This document shows, piece after piece, positions 48,343-58,860 of a DNA stretch of 64,000 nucleotides. Below the pieces are notes generated by a model, which saw only the letters and a list, made by a program, of their open reading frames with translations, made no database searches and was not told the origin of the DNA. The DNA is taken from sequence record MW812343.1; one strand, 5' to 3'. The position numbers were made by a program, and so were the translations under genes. Every line of letters starts with the position of its first letter. The stretch's first letter is position 1.

Positions 48343-49218
48343 TTAGGCCAACTGGTTCGCTTTCTGTTCTTCGGAAACAGAGTTGAAACCACCCGCCGTC
48401 GCTTGGACGTCTGGGTTGATACCATCGTACTGCTGAGACGGAGTCAGCCACAGCTTACGCGTCATAGGACGCAGGCCGTAGAGCTTCATACGTTCCAGTT
48501 CAGACTGAGCGGCCTGCATCGGACCCCAACCCGTCCATTGCTGGCTGGTGAAGGTGATGGACAGTTCGTTCGTCTGAGGACCGGCGTTCGGATCACGCTC
48601 ACCGGTATCCTGACCAGCAGTCTCAGGAATCATGTTGGTCAACCACCAGGCGTTCTGCGCTTTACGCTGATACGCATCCGGTTCGATGTACAGCACAGTC
48701 AGGCTATACATATCCGGCAGGTGGTCTGGCACGTTCGGGTTGATTGCCACAATGCCCGGATGGCCGGTTTGTGGGTCACAGATCCCGTAGACCAGCCACG
48801 CAGCCAGCATGTTCTGGAACACTTTACCGTACTTATCTGGACTGGTGTGGGTCACAGAGGACTGTGCTTCCGTTACCAGACCGGCTTCGTACTGAATACG
48901 GTTGTTACGACCCTGTTGGGTCTGAACCGCTTCGTGGCTCAGTGTTTTATCCAGACCGGTGATGGTGGTGTGGACTTCGATGAAGGACTTAATAGCCTGA
49001 CGCCACAGGGACGGGTTAGGCATGTAGTCCACCCAGCGCGGGAATTCCATGACGCGGGCGATGACGTTACGACGCAGGCGGTGGGCGTTCGTGACGAACT
49101 TACCGACCTGTCCGACCGGGCCGTTCTGGCCCGATGCGAATGGGTTAACCATGTCGTAAGTACCACCGTCAAAGTGGAACCCCTGGTTGGGTTGAATCAA
49201 ACGATCTTTGATAGCCAT
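48343..49218 (-). CDS. Tail tube protein (phiKZ gp30-like)
   Basis: 291 aa directly after the sheath gene; beta-rich (YSLTVLYIEPD...AWWLTNMIP...ELSITFT). Confidence 0.8.
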   Translation of the reverse strand: MAIKDRLIQPNQGFHFDGGTYDMVNPFASGQNGPVGQVGKFVTNAHRLRRNVIARVMEFPRWVDYMPNPSLWRQAIKSFIEVHTTITGLDKTLSHEAVQTQQGRNNRIQYEAGLVTEAQSSVTHTSPDKYGKVFQNMLAAWLVYGICDPQTGHPGIVAINPNVPDHLPDMYSLTVLYIEPDAYQRKAQNAWWLTNMIPETAGQDTGERDPNAGPQTNELSITFTSQQWTGWGPMQAAQSELERMKLYGLRPMTRKLWLTPSQQYDGINPDVQATAGGFNSVSEEQKANQLA

Positions 49219-49221
49219 TTA

Positions 49222-51264
49222 TCAGCTCTCCCGACGGTAGACTTTGATTGTGGTGTTGACCTGAGTCAGCAGCACGCCACCGTAAGCAAGCAGATCCAGC
49301 GTTACAGAGTAACCGTTCGATTTGTCTTCTGCGGTGAAGTACGCTTTAGGTACAATATCCGCGATACCGTCCAGACGACCTTCCAGCTTCTCGATGATCT
49401 TATCTTCCAGCATCTTCGCGCGTTCCGCATCGGTCATGCGGTCTTCACCAGACATTTCCGCCCACACACGGTCAGAGACACGGTAGACGTAGGCCATGAT
49501 GAAGTTGAACATCGCGTTGTTCAGGACGGAACGATCTTCGTTGTAGATGGACTGAATCGCCGGGATGAAGTCACGGTAGTAGTCGTAGCTACGCGCAGTG
49601 ATCAGGGACACGTCCCAGTCAGAAGCGTACACGTCCATACCTTTCCACGGCATACTCAGGTCAGTCAGGTCAGTGATAATGGTGAGTTCGCCACGACCGA
49701 AACGTTTCTCCGGTTTAGCGTAACCATTGCCTGCACCCAGATATTGCGAGAACATATTCGCCAGGGTGTAGTTCATCGGCACCGGCTTCTTGTAAGAGGA
49801 GCCGCGGATGAAAGCAGATTGACCGGTGACCATACCACGCGCAGCTGGAGTACCGTATTTCACGGATTCCGGCACGGAGGTGATCATCTCGATCAGGGCA
49901 ACCTTCGCACTCTCCTCCGTTTGGAGGTCGTTGCGGCCTTCGTTGTAAACGTGGGTCGCCAGAGTGAGGAAGGTGTTACGTGACTTACCGATAAAGTTCA
50001 CGCACGCCGATTTGGTATCGAAGCTGAAACCGGAGTCCCAGAAACAACCCAGTGAGTATTTCAGTTCGTTGTCGTAACGAACTTGGCCACCATCTGGGAA
50101 CAGCAGCATTTCACGACGAACAAGTTCATCGTAAACGTCGTTGTTCATGATGCCGTCAGCACCACCTTGCAGGTAGTGAATGTTGTTGCTACCGAATACC
50201 GCTTTACCGGTTTCAGTGGCTGGGTTCACTTGCAGACCGTCGTACGGCTGACCGATCAGATCCAGACCGCCGAAAATATCGATGAGATATTTATCGGTAG
50301 GCGCGTTAACCATGCTACCCGCAGCCAGATCAAGAACGGCTTCAAGTTGGTCATGGTAAACGTGGAACGTTTTGAACGGACCGTAGTTTGGCAGCTCGCC
50401 AACATCCGGGCTAACCTTACGGTAAGCATCGGCAACAACCACTTCGAAGTCCAGCTGCGTTCTCATCGGCTGATAGTATGCGTCAGGTAAGAAACTGAAG
50501 TTCACACTTGACATACTGTTCAGAGTTTTCCAGATGACCGCAGACGAGACACCCGCCAAGGTTTCGAACCATTGGAGGTTGTAGACACGTCCGCCGACTT
50601 TTGACTGGTAAGCTGAACCCAGCGCCGGAGAAGATTTTTCGCTCAGCGGAATCAGTTTGAAACCGAAGCCGTTCGGATCAGCACCCGCGTAAGGCGCTTC
50701 AATATCGAACAGTGGGTACATCTTCGACTTCGCGCCGCCGTCACCGGTCAGCGTACCGTCGATAGGTACCGCGGCACCGACTGCCGGAACAGTGTCGTCG
50801 ATAACAACACTACGCAGAACAACCAGCAGACCATCGACCATGGATTCGACTTTCGCCTTACCGGTATTGTCGTACTGCACGGTACCGCCAGCATCGCGTA
50901 CGTACTTCGGCACTTTCGTGACGAGCACATCCGCGTAGAAACGGATGGCGGCCGTTTTCGCGTCATTAGGGATAAGGCGCTGGTACATACACTCGTTGGC
51001 GTTGGCATTGAACATCGCCTGGTACGGTGTGTTGAACGTCGCGTATGGGCCGCGGAGATCGAAGATGCCTCGGCCCATTAAGTCGAGGGCGTTGTCGCCA
51101 CTCAACGGGAACGCTTCGTCACCAACGCAGCGTGCGCCAAAGGTGAAGATCAGCGGCTTATGAATCGGGTCACCCGTAGGTGCCCTCACAAGGTCAGGTA
51201 CAGAGTTATCCTGCATCCCTTCCTTGTAGTTCACGGGCGCGCCGTTACGTGGAATATAGCTCAT
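49222..51264 (-). CDS. Contractile tail sheath protein (phiKZ gp29-like)
   Basis: 680 aa; YLQGGADG, FWDSGF, KYGTPAARG and sheath-type C-terminus; sheath-tube order; divergent from terminase operon. Confidence 0.85.
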   Translation of the reverse strand: MSYIPRNGAPVNYKEGMQDNSVPDLVRAPTGDPIHKPLIFTFGARCVGDEAFPLSGDNALDLMGRGIFDLRGPYATFNTPYQAMFNANANECMYQRLIPNDAKTAAIRFYADVLVTKVPKYVRDAGGTVQYDNTGKAKVESMVDGLLVVLRSVVIDDTVPAVGAAVPIDGTLTGDGGAKSKMYPLFDIEAPYAGADPNGFGFKLIPLSEKSSPALGSAYQSKVGGRVYNLQWFETLAGVSSAVIWKTLNSMSSVNFSFLPDAYYQPMRTQLDFEVVVADAYRKVSPDVGELPNYGPFKTFHVYHDQLEAVLDLAAGSMVNAPTDKYLIDIFGGLDLIGQPYDGLQVNPATETGKAVFGSNNIHYLQGGADGIMNNDVYDELVRREMLLFPDGGQVRYDNELKYSLGCFWDSGFSFDTKSACVNFIGKSRNTFLTLATHVYNEGRNDLQTEESAKVALIEMITSVPESVKYGTPAARGMVTGQSAFIRGSSYKKPVPMNYTLANMFSQYLGAGNGYAKPEKRFGRGELTIITDLTDLSMPWKGMDVYASDWDVSLITARSYDYYRDFIPAIQSIYNEDRSVLNNAMFNFIMAYVYRVSDRVWAEMSGEDRMTDAERAKMLEDKIIEKLEGRLDGIADIVPKAYFTAEDKSNGYSVTLDLLAYGGVLLTQVNTTIKVYRRES

Positions 51265-51303
51265 GGAACATCTCCATAAATTCGTCTTTTAAGACCAAAC
51301 GGT

Positions 51304-51310
51304 CATACTA
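51304..51310 (-). promoter_or_regulatory. Late-promoter-like TAGTATG
   Basis: CATACTA on + strand, 40 nt upstream of the sheath start. Confidence 0.5.
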
Positions 51311-51322
51311 AGGTATCAACTC

Positions 51323-52231
51323 ATGGCACTTGAAAACGCTTACACAGGCAACGTCTTCCGTAGCTTTGACCTGAATTCACTCGCAGCCAACATCGAGTTG
51401 GCACGTAAACTCAACCAAACTGTCGCACAATCTGACGAGGTTCACTACGTTGTTGAGACAGCCGATGTAAAATCGTTTCCTTTACCGATTGTTATCGGCG
51501 ACGACGTGTATGTAGATGCACGCACGTTTACCTCATTGGACAGAAACAATGAGCTAAAAATTCGAAACCCAATCGAACACGCATTGCGTCTCGATCAGGC
51601 TCGTTGGGAATTAGTGTGGAAACGAAACAATAGTCGGCTCGGTGCTTTGATGGCACAGCTTCCATACCACCATGAGATTTATAGTAAGTGGGTAGGCGAT
51701 GCAATTACCCACGCGTACGCACTCACTCCATATCAAAGCGGGCAAATCCGTGCAGCGGCTGCTTTGTTCTCTGTGGGTCAGTTCTACAACAACTTCGAAG
51801 ACGAGATGAAGATGCTGCGTTTGCAGCAAGAACTCTCCCGTCAACTGGGTACGCCGTTTGAGATGTTCGAGGCCATTACTGGTCATACCGAGTACCTCTT
51901 CCCGCGTAACGTCGAGGAGTTTGTGGAGATGGTGAAGCTTGCAGACATCACCCCACGTCTGAATGATTTCAGCGTGTTGTCGTTGCAGCAAATGCTCAAC
52001 ACCAGTTTCTTCGGGGTTAGCTATGAGAAGCAGTTGTGTACCAGTGCGCTGGAATACCCGCCTTCTCTGCTGGTCATGATTCGGGCATCGCTTGAGAACA
52101 ACATGTTCAACCGTTCTCGCCTCGGTGGTACCATCAAGAAATCTGACACCGCGAAGAAGAAAGACAAGTTCTTGTTCACGTACGAACTCATCATGAACCA
52201 GAACACCAAACCCACTAACATCAAAGGTTAA
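51323..52231 (+). CDS. Virion structural protein (phiKZ gp28-like)
   Basis: 302 aa, first gene of the operon ending in terminase (recalled synteny). Confidence 0.6.
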   Translation: MALENAYTGNVFRSFDLNSLAANIELARKLNQTVAQSDEVHYVVETADVKSFPLPIVIGDDVYVDARTFTSLDRNNELKIRNPIEHALRLDQARWELVWKRNNSRLGALMAQLPYHHEIYSKWVGDAITHAYALTPYQSGQIRAAAALFSVGQFYNNFEDEMKMLRLQQELSRQLGTPFEMFEAITGHTEYLFPRNVEEFVEMVKLADITPRLNDFSVLSLQQMLNTSFFGVSYEKQLCTSALEYPPSLLVMIRASLENNMFNRSRLGGTIKKSDTAKKKDKFLFTYELIMNQNTKPTNIKG

Positions 52232-52242
52232 GAGGTTCCATT

Positions 52243-54768
52243 ATGGAGAACTGGCTGGTCGCCCACGCGGTTGACAACGCTTGGCAGCGTCCGAACCTTG
52301 ATCGGGCACTGATTATTGAACCGTATCGTATCACGCCAAAAACCGGCGCGACCGGCTTTGTCCGTAACGGGCCTGCGTCTGTTTCTTTACCAGACACGGG
52401 TTGGTGGCACGCATACGTGGTGGATAAACTCCACATGAACTGGGGGAACCTCAATATCCCCCCTAACCGTTGGAAGCGGGTATCCGCGTGTGTGAACGCG
52501 TTCAGTACCTTCATGCAGCTGTACAACGAAAACGGGAAAACCTTCCCGGTCACGAATGCGTTTGTGATGCGACGCGATACCGGGGAAATCCTGTTGGCGT
52601 TACCGCAAACCGAGCGGTACAAGTGGCTGGACACCGATGACCTTTACTGGCGCATCTTCCCCGGCTACACGGGCAGTATCGTAGTGAATCAAAATCGCCC
52701 CACGTTTGTGGAGTTCTTTGATACACCGAATGCCAACAAAATCAAAGATGCGGTTGACCGTTACAACACACTGGTTGGCCAGAAGAACGGCTATGTCAGC
52801 TTCTGGGTAAACGGCTCACTGGTTATCAACCCGACACCGGCAGACATCTCGACATGGGATGATGTTGAAATCGTGGTGGATGGTCGTGGGATTCGTGTGG
52901 TGGATTTCCGTTGTGGGGACTTACCGACGTTTCAATCGACGCTTGATGGGAAGCGTAAGTATCTGCTGCACTTCCCAAAGACGTCCGACATGCGCTGGAT
53001 TTTCAACAACGATGTCGAGATTCAAATCCTGAACGGTCGCGAAGGGCGTTATTACCACCGACACCGCCATCTGGCGATGCGTCAGGTCACGTTTAACGAC
53101 ATCAGTATTCCGACCGAAAGACTGAGTCAGCTGCGCAACGCGTTCAGCAAACCGGTCAACGATTTGGATGATGTGATTATCCGTGTCGTGATTCGTGAAG
53201 ACTATCTGGCGCTTGCGCCGTTATTCAACGCAAGCCACACCCACGACCTGTATCGGATGCCAGACAGTGACATCATCGCCGCGATGGTTGGTGCGAACGC
53301 AACAGTGCCCGAATGGACGGCGAAGGTGTTGGAGAATGCCGCCTTTAACAAAGTGGCCGCAGCCAAGATGGCAAACATCACACGCGACCTGACCACCGCC
53401 GCATACGGGTATAACGCGGTGACGCGCTACTCTGCGGATACACCTCAGAAGTTGACACTCGACAACGGGAAGTGGACAGCTACGCTACCTGACCTTTTGG
53501 CATCGCGCTCAGTGATCTACGAGTACGATTCCAGCGGGAAACTGTTGGGCAATTACACCAACCGCGACAATGCGGTCTACAGTGCGAAGAACGCCACTGC
53601 CCGTTACATCGAGGGGATTGCTGGGGATGTTGACACCGCGATGAATATCACGGATAACGCACCCGACTTCACCATTGCGGAAGGGGAAAACGTTGCGCTG
53701 TGGATTCGTAAGGTCGTCAGCGGTGTGGGGACAAACGAATACACCGAAGCGGTCGAAGGCACAGACTACAAACGTGAGGGTAACGCCATTCGTTGGAGTG
53801 TTGACCGGACACGTCGGTGGCCGACTGTGGTTCGGGATGATCGCCACCTGTTCTTCAGCGACACGATAAAAGTCACCGAGGGACAACTGCGGATTCCGAT
53901 TCTGGGCCGTTCTAACAGTGAACCGATTCGGACATTGTGGACGCCGATGGAAACCGTGGAGGTGTGGTTAAACAAACGTCCGCTGGTCTTTGGCATCGAC
54001 TACGTCGTCGTTTGGCCAGAGATTGTGATCGTCTGTAAGGTGTGGGCAAGCGACACTGACACCAACGTGGTGGATGTGCGTGCACGCGGCGTAACCGGTA
54101 AGATTCACGTACCGAAGACTGGTTTCGTTTCCAGCGGGTTACTGTCAAACAACAGCCATTTCGATGTGCGTGACGACAAGGTCATCCGTATCGTGGCCGG
54201 GGGTCGTGTACTGACCCGCAATGAGGTGGTGTTCCGTGAGGACAACACAGTAGGAACGGATATTGTACCGGACGGCTTCCCGTTCTCGGTCGATGACCCG
54301 ACTATCCCGCTGCGGACACTGGTCAGTGGTGACACCTACGCCCTGCGCGATGCGTCCCGTGACATCGATGCCCGTACCGAGGATTACCTGTCCGCGTGGT
54401 ATCCGACGCCACCGCCGGTGAACCCGGTGCCGTTAAAAAGCTGGTATCATCTCTACAGCCCCCTGTTGAACAAAGTGCTGTGGGATTACAAGCAAGGGTT
54501 CCTCCATTTGGTAGAGGACGATCCAGAGTACCGGATTTCGACCACTCAGCTGGACATCGTGATGGAGGGGTACGTTGACCTGCTTAACTTTGACCCGGCA
54601 TTCATTGGCTACGATAAAGCCTTTGTGCGTGTGCACCCGCATTCGCAATACCAGGTTGTAGAGGTTGATGAATTGGGCTTTGCTTTCTTGGACCGTGTGA
54701 ATCAGCGGTATTTGAAAGGTGAAGTGCAACTTAACCAGTATCTGAAAATCAAAGGTTCTAAAGCATGA
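52243..54768 (+). CDS. Virion structural/baseplate protein (phiKZ gp27-like)
   Basis: 841 aa, beta-rich; recalled synteny. Confidence 0.6.
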   Translation: MENWLVAHAVDNAWQRPNLDRALIIEPYRITPKTGATGFVRNGPASVSLPDTGWWHAYVVDKLHMNWGNLNIPPNRWKRVSACVNAFSTFMQLYNENGKTFPVTNAFVMRRDTGEILLALPQTERYKWLDTDDLYWRIFPGYTGSIVVNQNRPTFVEFFDTPNANKIKDAVDRYNTLVGQKNGYVSFWVNGSLVINPTPADISTWDDVEIVVDGRGIRVVDFRCGDLPTFQSTLDGKRKYLLHFPKTSDMRWIFNNDVEIQILNGREGRYYHRHRHLAMRQVTFNDISIPTERLSQLRNAFSKPVNDLDDVIIRVVIREDYLALAPLFNASHTHDLYRMPDSDIIAAMVGANATVPEWTAKVLENAAFNKVAAAKMANITRDLTTAAYGYNAVTRYSADTPQKLTLDNGKWTATLPDLLASRSVIYEYDSSGKLLGNYTNRDNAVYSAKNATARYIEGIAGDVDTAMNITDNAPDFTIAEGENVALWIRKVVSGVGTNEYTEAVEGTDYKREGNAIRWSVDRTRRWPTVVRDDRHLFFSDTIKVTEGQLRIPILGRSNSEPIRTLWTPMETVEVWLNKRPLVFGIDYVVVWPEIVIVCKVWASDTDTNVVDVRARGVTGKIHVPKTGFVSSGLLSNNSHFDVRDDKVIRIVAGGRVLTRNEVVFREDNTVGTDIVPDGFPFSVDDPTIPLRTLVSGDTYALRDASRDIDARTEDYLSAWYPTPPPVNPVPLKSWYHLYSPLLNKVLWDYKQGFLHLVEDDPEYRISTTQLDIVMEGYVDLLNFDPAFIGYDKAFVRVHPHSQYQVVEVDELGFAFLDRVNQRYLKGEVQLNQYLKIKGSKA

Positions 54769-56405
54769 CCACTTTATTGACTGATCTGATTGATAAAGAC
54801 CGCGGCTTTCGCGTCTGGGGGGAAGGTGACCTCTATGACGAAACGAAAGGTACGGGCTTTGTCCCCAATCCAAAAGACTGGATTGCGCACGACAACAACA
54901 TCGTTGAGCGTGTTTTAACGGTAAACTACGCCGTCCCTTCGTGGACGGTGGAAGTGATTAACGCCATCCCGGTGACGAACACGGACAAAATCAACGGGGG
55001 TCACTATCCACTCCGTTCTGACAAATACCGTATCTATTTCGACACCACCAAAAACCCGGCAACGATGGTGATGGATAACAACATCACGTTCAACGGGCCG
55101 GACGTGGATGGGATTCGTATCTTCCGTGGGTCAGACATTTCGGACAACGGGGAAATCTTGTCGGGCTTCTACAAGAACGGACGTCTTGACAAGAACTACC
55201 TGCCGATGCAGACCATTTCGAAAGATGGTGTTGACACTGTGGTGAAATCACCGCTGCCCGGTAGTCTGCTGGCCCCGGTGGAACACGGCGAAATGTTCAG
55301 CTTTGTGGTTTACGCGGACTCCGGGGATATCATCGAAATCGGTACCGGGTATTTCATTAAGACGAACCTCGTGATGCCGCAAGACACCGCGAGTCGTCAG
55401 GTGCTGGATATCAAACTGGTCTCGCCTTTTATCGTGGATGATAACGGTACGGTGTTAACGTTGCCGATTAACATCCCGCTGGATTCTATCCCGCTGTCGG
55501 TAGTGGTGAAATACTCTGACGGTGAGAAGACGATGGCTATCGACGGTTCGCGTGTTATCCTGAACGGGATTCGTAACGCCGGTTCGCACGACACCTATTA
55601 CCTGTCAACCAACGCCGGTAACGAACTTCCACTGACGCTGAGCTACCTGCTGGCGAAAGGGGAAACCTATGTCGGTGAGAACCTCATCAACGGGACAATC
55701 TTCAAAGATTATACCGCGGTGACGGAAACCGTGGACGGGGCGTACTCGATGAAACTGTTTGTGGTGCCGAAGTGGTTAAACGCCAACCAAGGTTACCGCC
55801 TCCAGTATTACCTGTACAACCTGACGCGTGGGCAGGTTTATGACGCGACGGCAGCCTGTACCTTAACGGGTGGGCAGGCATTTGACCCGATGCTCTATGG
55901 CGTCAAACAGCGTCTGAATGTTCAGTGTGATATCTCTAAGGTCGATTCGAAGTTCCGGGCGTTTATCCAAGCTCAGTCCTTCTCCATCACCTTGGTGAAT
56001 CCGGGTACCGAGTTGAACACCAACTACTTCCTCGAATATCTGCCTGATGGGTTGAAGTACGGGGACGGTATTTGGGCGACGTTCAAATACTCGAACGTCA
56101 ACTACTCGGAAATCGATGTTCGTTGCGGTAAAGCCACTAAAGCTGAATGGCTGGCTGCGCTCTACGACCCGTCGTATCCGCTGTATGACCGTCGTAATGA
56201 ATCCGGCCCTCTGGAGCCGACCCACTTCGAAATCCACGTTGGTGGGCAGGTAGTGACCGCTGCGGTAGATGACTGGATGAGTGCGAAAGTCGTCAACTAC
56301 AAAGTGGGGCTGGATGACACGCTGGTGATTCGCTGGTTACGTCGTACACCGACGGACACCCTGCAACTCGCTTGCTCTCCGATGTTGGCGCACAACATCA
56401 GCTAA
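54765..56405 (+). CDS. Virion structural protein (phiKZ gp26-like)
   Basis: 546 aa, beta-rich, ATGA overlap; precedes terminase. Confidence 0.6.
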   Translation: MTTLLTDLIDKDRGFRVWGEGDLYDETKGTGFVPNPKDWIAHDNNIVERVLTVNYAVPSWTVEVINAIPVTNTDKINGGHYPLRSDKYRIYFDTTKNPATMVMDNNITFNGPDVDGIRIFRGSDISDNGEILSGFYKNGRLDKNYLPMQTISKDGVDTVVKSPLPGSLLAPVEHGEMFSFVVYADSGDIIEIGTGYFIKTNLVMPQDTASRQVLDIKLVSPFIVDDNGTVLTLPINIPLDSIPLSVVVKYSDGEKTMAIDGSRVILNGIRNAGSHDTYYLSTNAGNELPLTLSYLLAKGETYVGENLINGTIFKDYTAVTETVDGAYSMKLFVVPKWLNANQGYRLQYYLYNLTRGQVYDATAACTLTGGQAFDPMLYGVKQRLNVQCDISKVDSKFRAFIQAQSFSITLVNPGTELNTNYFLEYLPDGLKYGDGIWATFKYSNVNYSEIDVRCGKATKAEWLAALYDPSYPLYDRRNESGPLEPTHFEIHVGGQVVTAAVDDWMSAKVVNYKVGLDDTLVIRWLRRTPTDTLQLACSPMLAHNIS

Positions 56406-56409
56406 CACC

Positions 56410-56445
56410 TTCCTCCTCCCCGGTTGGGGAGGAGGCTAGGAGGAA
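56410..56445 (+). promoter_or_regulatory. Hairpin plus anti-SD element upstream of terminase
   Basis: CCTCCTCCCC-GGTT-GGGGAGGAGG; the 5' arm TTCCTCCT is also complementary to the RBS AGGAGGAA (56438-56445). Confidence 0.45.
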
Positions 56446-56447
56446 CC

Positions 56448-58559
56448 ATGATTTTACGTGAACGTGATTGGGGTTATTATCCGGGCTCTCTGGCGGACGA
56501 TACCACCAAGAACAAACACTTTATGTATTTCGCCGACACCTTAAAAGGGCTCGGTGTAAAGCACTGGTATTTGCATCTTGCACTTCTCGACCCGGAACTG
56601 CAAGGGGTAGATCCGCACGACCCACATTTGACTGTTGAACAACAGGCGCGTGTGATTGCAGAATGTGCACGTAACCCGTGGTACTACATCCGTGAATGTC
56701 TACGCGTCCCTGCCGATGGTACGGACGGGGTACCGTTCAAGATTGACCGCGGTAACTTCGCGATGTTTTGGATCTTCTTCAACAACATCGACGTGGCCAT
56801 CGAATTCCTCCGTCAGCACGGTAAAACAGTCGGGATGTGCTCGCTGTTAAGTTGGTTACTTCGCTTCCTTGAGAAGTCACGTACGATTCTGGTCACCAAA
56901 GGACCGGTGCTGCGTGAAGAAACCATCACCAAACTGAAAGAGCTGCGTAACTGTCTGCCGAAGTATCTGTGGCCTATCCACCCAGATGACCCAGACAACA
57001 AAGAAGCCTTTGCGTGTATGGCGCAGGGCAACAAACTGATTACCGCGATTGGTCAGAACGATGAACAATCTGCAAACGGTGTGGGCCGTGGTTTAACCGC
57101 CGGTCGTCTGTTCTCGGATGAGGGCCCCTTCACCAACAACATCCACATCATCCTACCTGCGGCACTGGCATCCGGTACCGCTGCACGTAACATTAACGAA
57201 GCCTCTGGCGTACCTTACGGTAACGTGTTCGCAACAACCCCTGGGGATTTGGCGACACCAGAAGGTCAGTACATGTACGAGCTGATGACGTCCGGCATCA
57301 ACTGGGATGAGCGCTACATTGACATCGCGACGCGTCAGCAACTGATTGACATGATTCGACACAACTCCACGTCGAAGATGCCACGTATCATGTTCTACGC
57401 GAAATTCAACCACCGCCAACTGGGCACCACCGATGAGAAGCTCGCAGACATGATTGCGAACGCCACGGGTAGTCCAGACCAAATCCGTCGTGACTTCGGG
57501 GGTGAGTGGACGACTGGGGGCTTTAACAAACCCTTCTCTGGTGACGATGCTCGCCGTATGAACGGGTCACGCGCCCGCGCGACGTACAAAGATATCAGCC
57601 CGGCTAACTACATCACCGATTGGTATTACACCGAGATGGAAATGTCGACGAAACTTCACGACCGCCACATCATCGGTCTGGATACCTCGGAGGCAGTCGG
57701 GCGCGATGCCATCGCGATGTCTATCGTGAACTCCGTCACGGCAGAGTATGCTGGGAAAATGACCGTCAACGAAACCAACGTCATCGGGTTTGCGATTCAC
57801 CTCGCTGACTTCATGGAGCGGTTCCCGAACACGGTGTTAATCCTTGAACGTAAGTCAACCGGTTCCTCGGTAGCGGATGCGATTATCCTTCAGTTGCAAT
57901 CTCGTGTACGTGACTTGCACCGTCGTCTGTATGTCCGTATTACAGACAGCTACAGTCGTAACGACGAATTGTATAAGGAGTATGCTCGTGGGCCTGCTGG
58001 CGGTAACGCTGAGCGGTTCTGGGACAAATTCCGTAAATACATCGGCTTTACTACGGATGGTGATAAACGTCGGAAATTATATGGTGAGGTCTTCACCATG
58101 GCTCTCCGTTTATCAGCCCACTTACTTCGTAGTGGTGAACTCATAGACCAAATCCTTGGTCTGGTAGAGCGCAACGGACGCATCGACCACCAGAAGTCAG
58201 GTCACGATGACTTGGTTATCTCATGGTTGTTAGCAATGTGGCTGCTTTTGTTTGGTAAGAACCTGAACCATTACGGAATTACCAACAACCGGCTAATGAT
58301 TCGCAATCGCAATATCCTTGTAGGTGGAGACGTATCTGGAGACGAGGACGCGATGGTCGAAGAGGAGGAGAAGCAACAGCAACTGATGGGTGAGATTGAA
58401 GAGGTGATGAAGCAGAGTATGGGTGTAACCTGTCCTGTGCGCCAAATGACCCTGCGCAATCGACTCCAATCCCTCATCGCTCAACTCAACACTGATATGC
58501 GCAACGTCGCATCGATGGAAAGCTTGAAAGAGCTTATCCAGCGCCAGAGGATGAAGTAA
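56448..58559 (+). CDS. terL: Terminase large subunit
   Basis: RNPWYYIRE, Walker A LRQHGKT, Walker B LFSDEG, nuclease IIGLDTS and HDDLVISW; RBS AGGAGG before ATG 56448. Confidence 0.93.
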   Translation: MILRERDWGYYPGSLADDTTKNKHFMYFADTLKGLGVKHWYLHLALLDPELQGVDPHDPHLTVEQQARVIAECARNPWYYIRECLRVPADGTDGVPFKIDRGNFAMFWIFFNNIDVAIEFLRQHGKTVGMCSLLSWLLRFLEKSRTILVTKGPVLREETITKLKELRNCLPKYLWPIHPDDPDNKEAFACMAQGNKLITAIGQNDEQSANGVGRGLTAGRLFSDEGPFTNNIHIILPAALASGTAARNINEASGVPYGNVFATTPGDLATPEGQYMYELMTSGINWDERYIDIATRQQLIDMIRHNSTSKMPRIMFYAKFNHRQLGTTDEKLADMIANATGSPDQIRRDFGGEWTTGGFNKPFSGDDARRMNGSRARATYKDISPANYITDWYYTEMEMSTKLHDRHIIGLDTSEAVGRDAIAMSIVNSVTAEYAGKMTVNETNVIGFAIHLADFMERFPNTVLILERKSTGSSVADAIILQLQSRVRDLHRRLYVRITDSYSRNDELYKEYARGPAGGNAERFWDKFRKYIGFTTDGDKRRKLYGEVFTMALRLSAHLLRSGELIDQILGLVERNGRIDHQKSGHDDLVISWLLAMWLLLFGKNLNHYGITNNRLMIRNRNILVGGDVSGDEDAMVEEEEKQQQLMGEIEEVMKQSMGVTCPVRQMTLRNRLQSLIAQLNTDMRNVASMESLKELIQRQRMK

Positions 58560-58786
58560 TGACTCAACTCTTTTATCTAGCGGTAGCAATAGTTTGGATC
58601 GCCATGTTTGTGTCCATACACCACATTCACGGCGTTGTTAAACAACATGCCATTCAGAACAATCTCTCGACGATGGTCTTGCTTCGATCGCAAGCCTTCG
58701 CCATTACCGGAATGATTGTGCTGGGTGCCATCGCGACATCAGGGATGCATTACGTTTATACACTACACCAACTCTCGGTTCTGTAA
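58559..58786 (+). CDS. Small two-TM membrane protein
   Basis: TAATG overlap with terL; two hydrophobic segments. Confidence 0.6.
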   Translation: MTQLFYLAVAIVWIAMFVSIHHIHGVVKQHAIQNNLSTMVLLRSQAFAITGMIVLGAIATSGMHYVYTLHQLSVL

Positions 58787-58804
58787 ACCCGTCTGCTGGC
58801 ACGG

Positions 58805-58860
58805 TAAAAAAGAATAGGCACCTACCCCCAAAAGGAGTAGGTGCCGTTCTTTTATTTTTT
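58805..58860. terminator. Bidirectional Rho-independent terminator
   Basis: AAAAAAGAATA-GGCACCTAC...GTAGGTGCC-GTTCTTTTATTTTTT between convergent genes. Confidence 0.8.

Noticed and set aside
48403-49983. 526-aa plus-strand ORF antisense to tube/sheath
   Set aside because: Shadow ORF explained by strong codon bias in highly expressed genes; no RBS or recognisable domain
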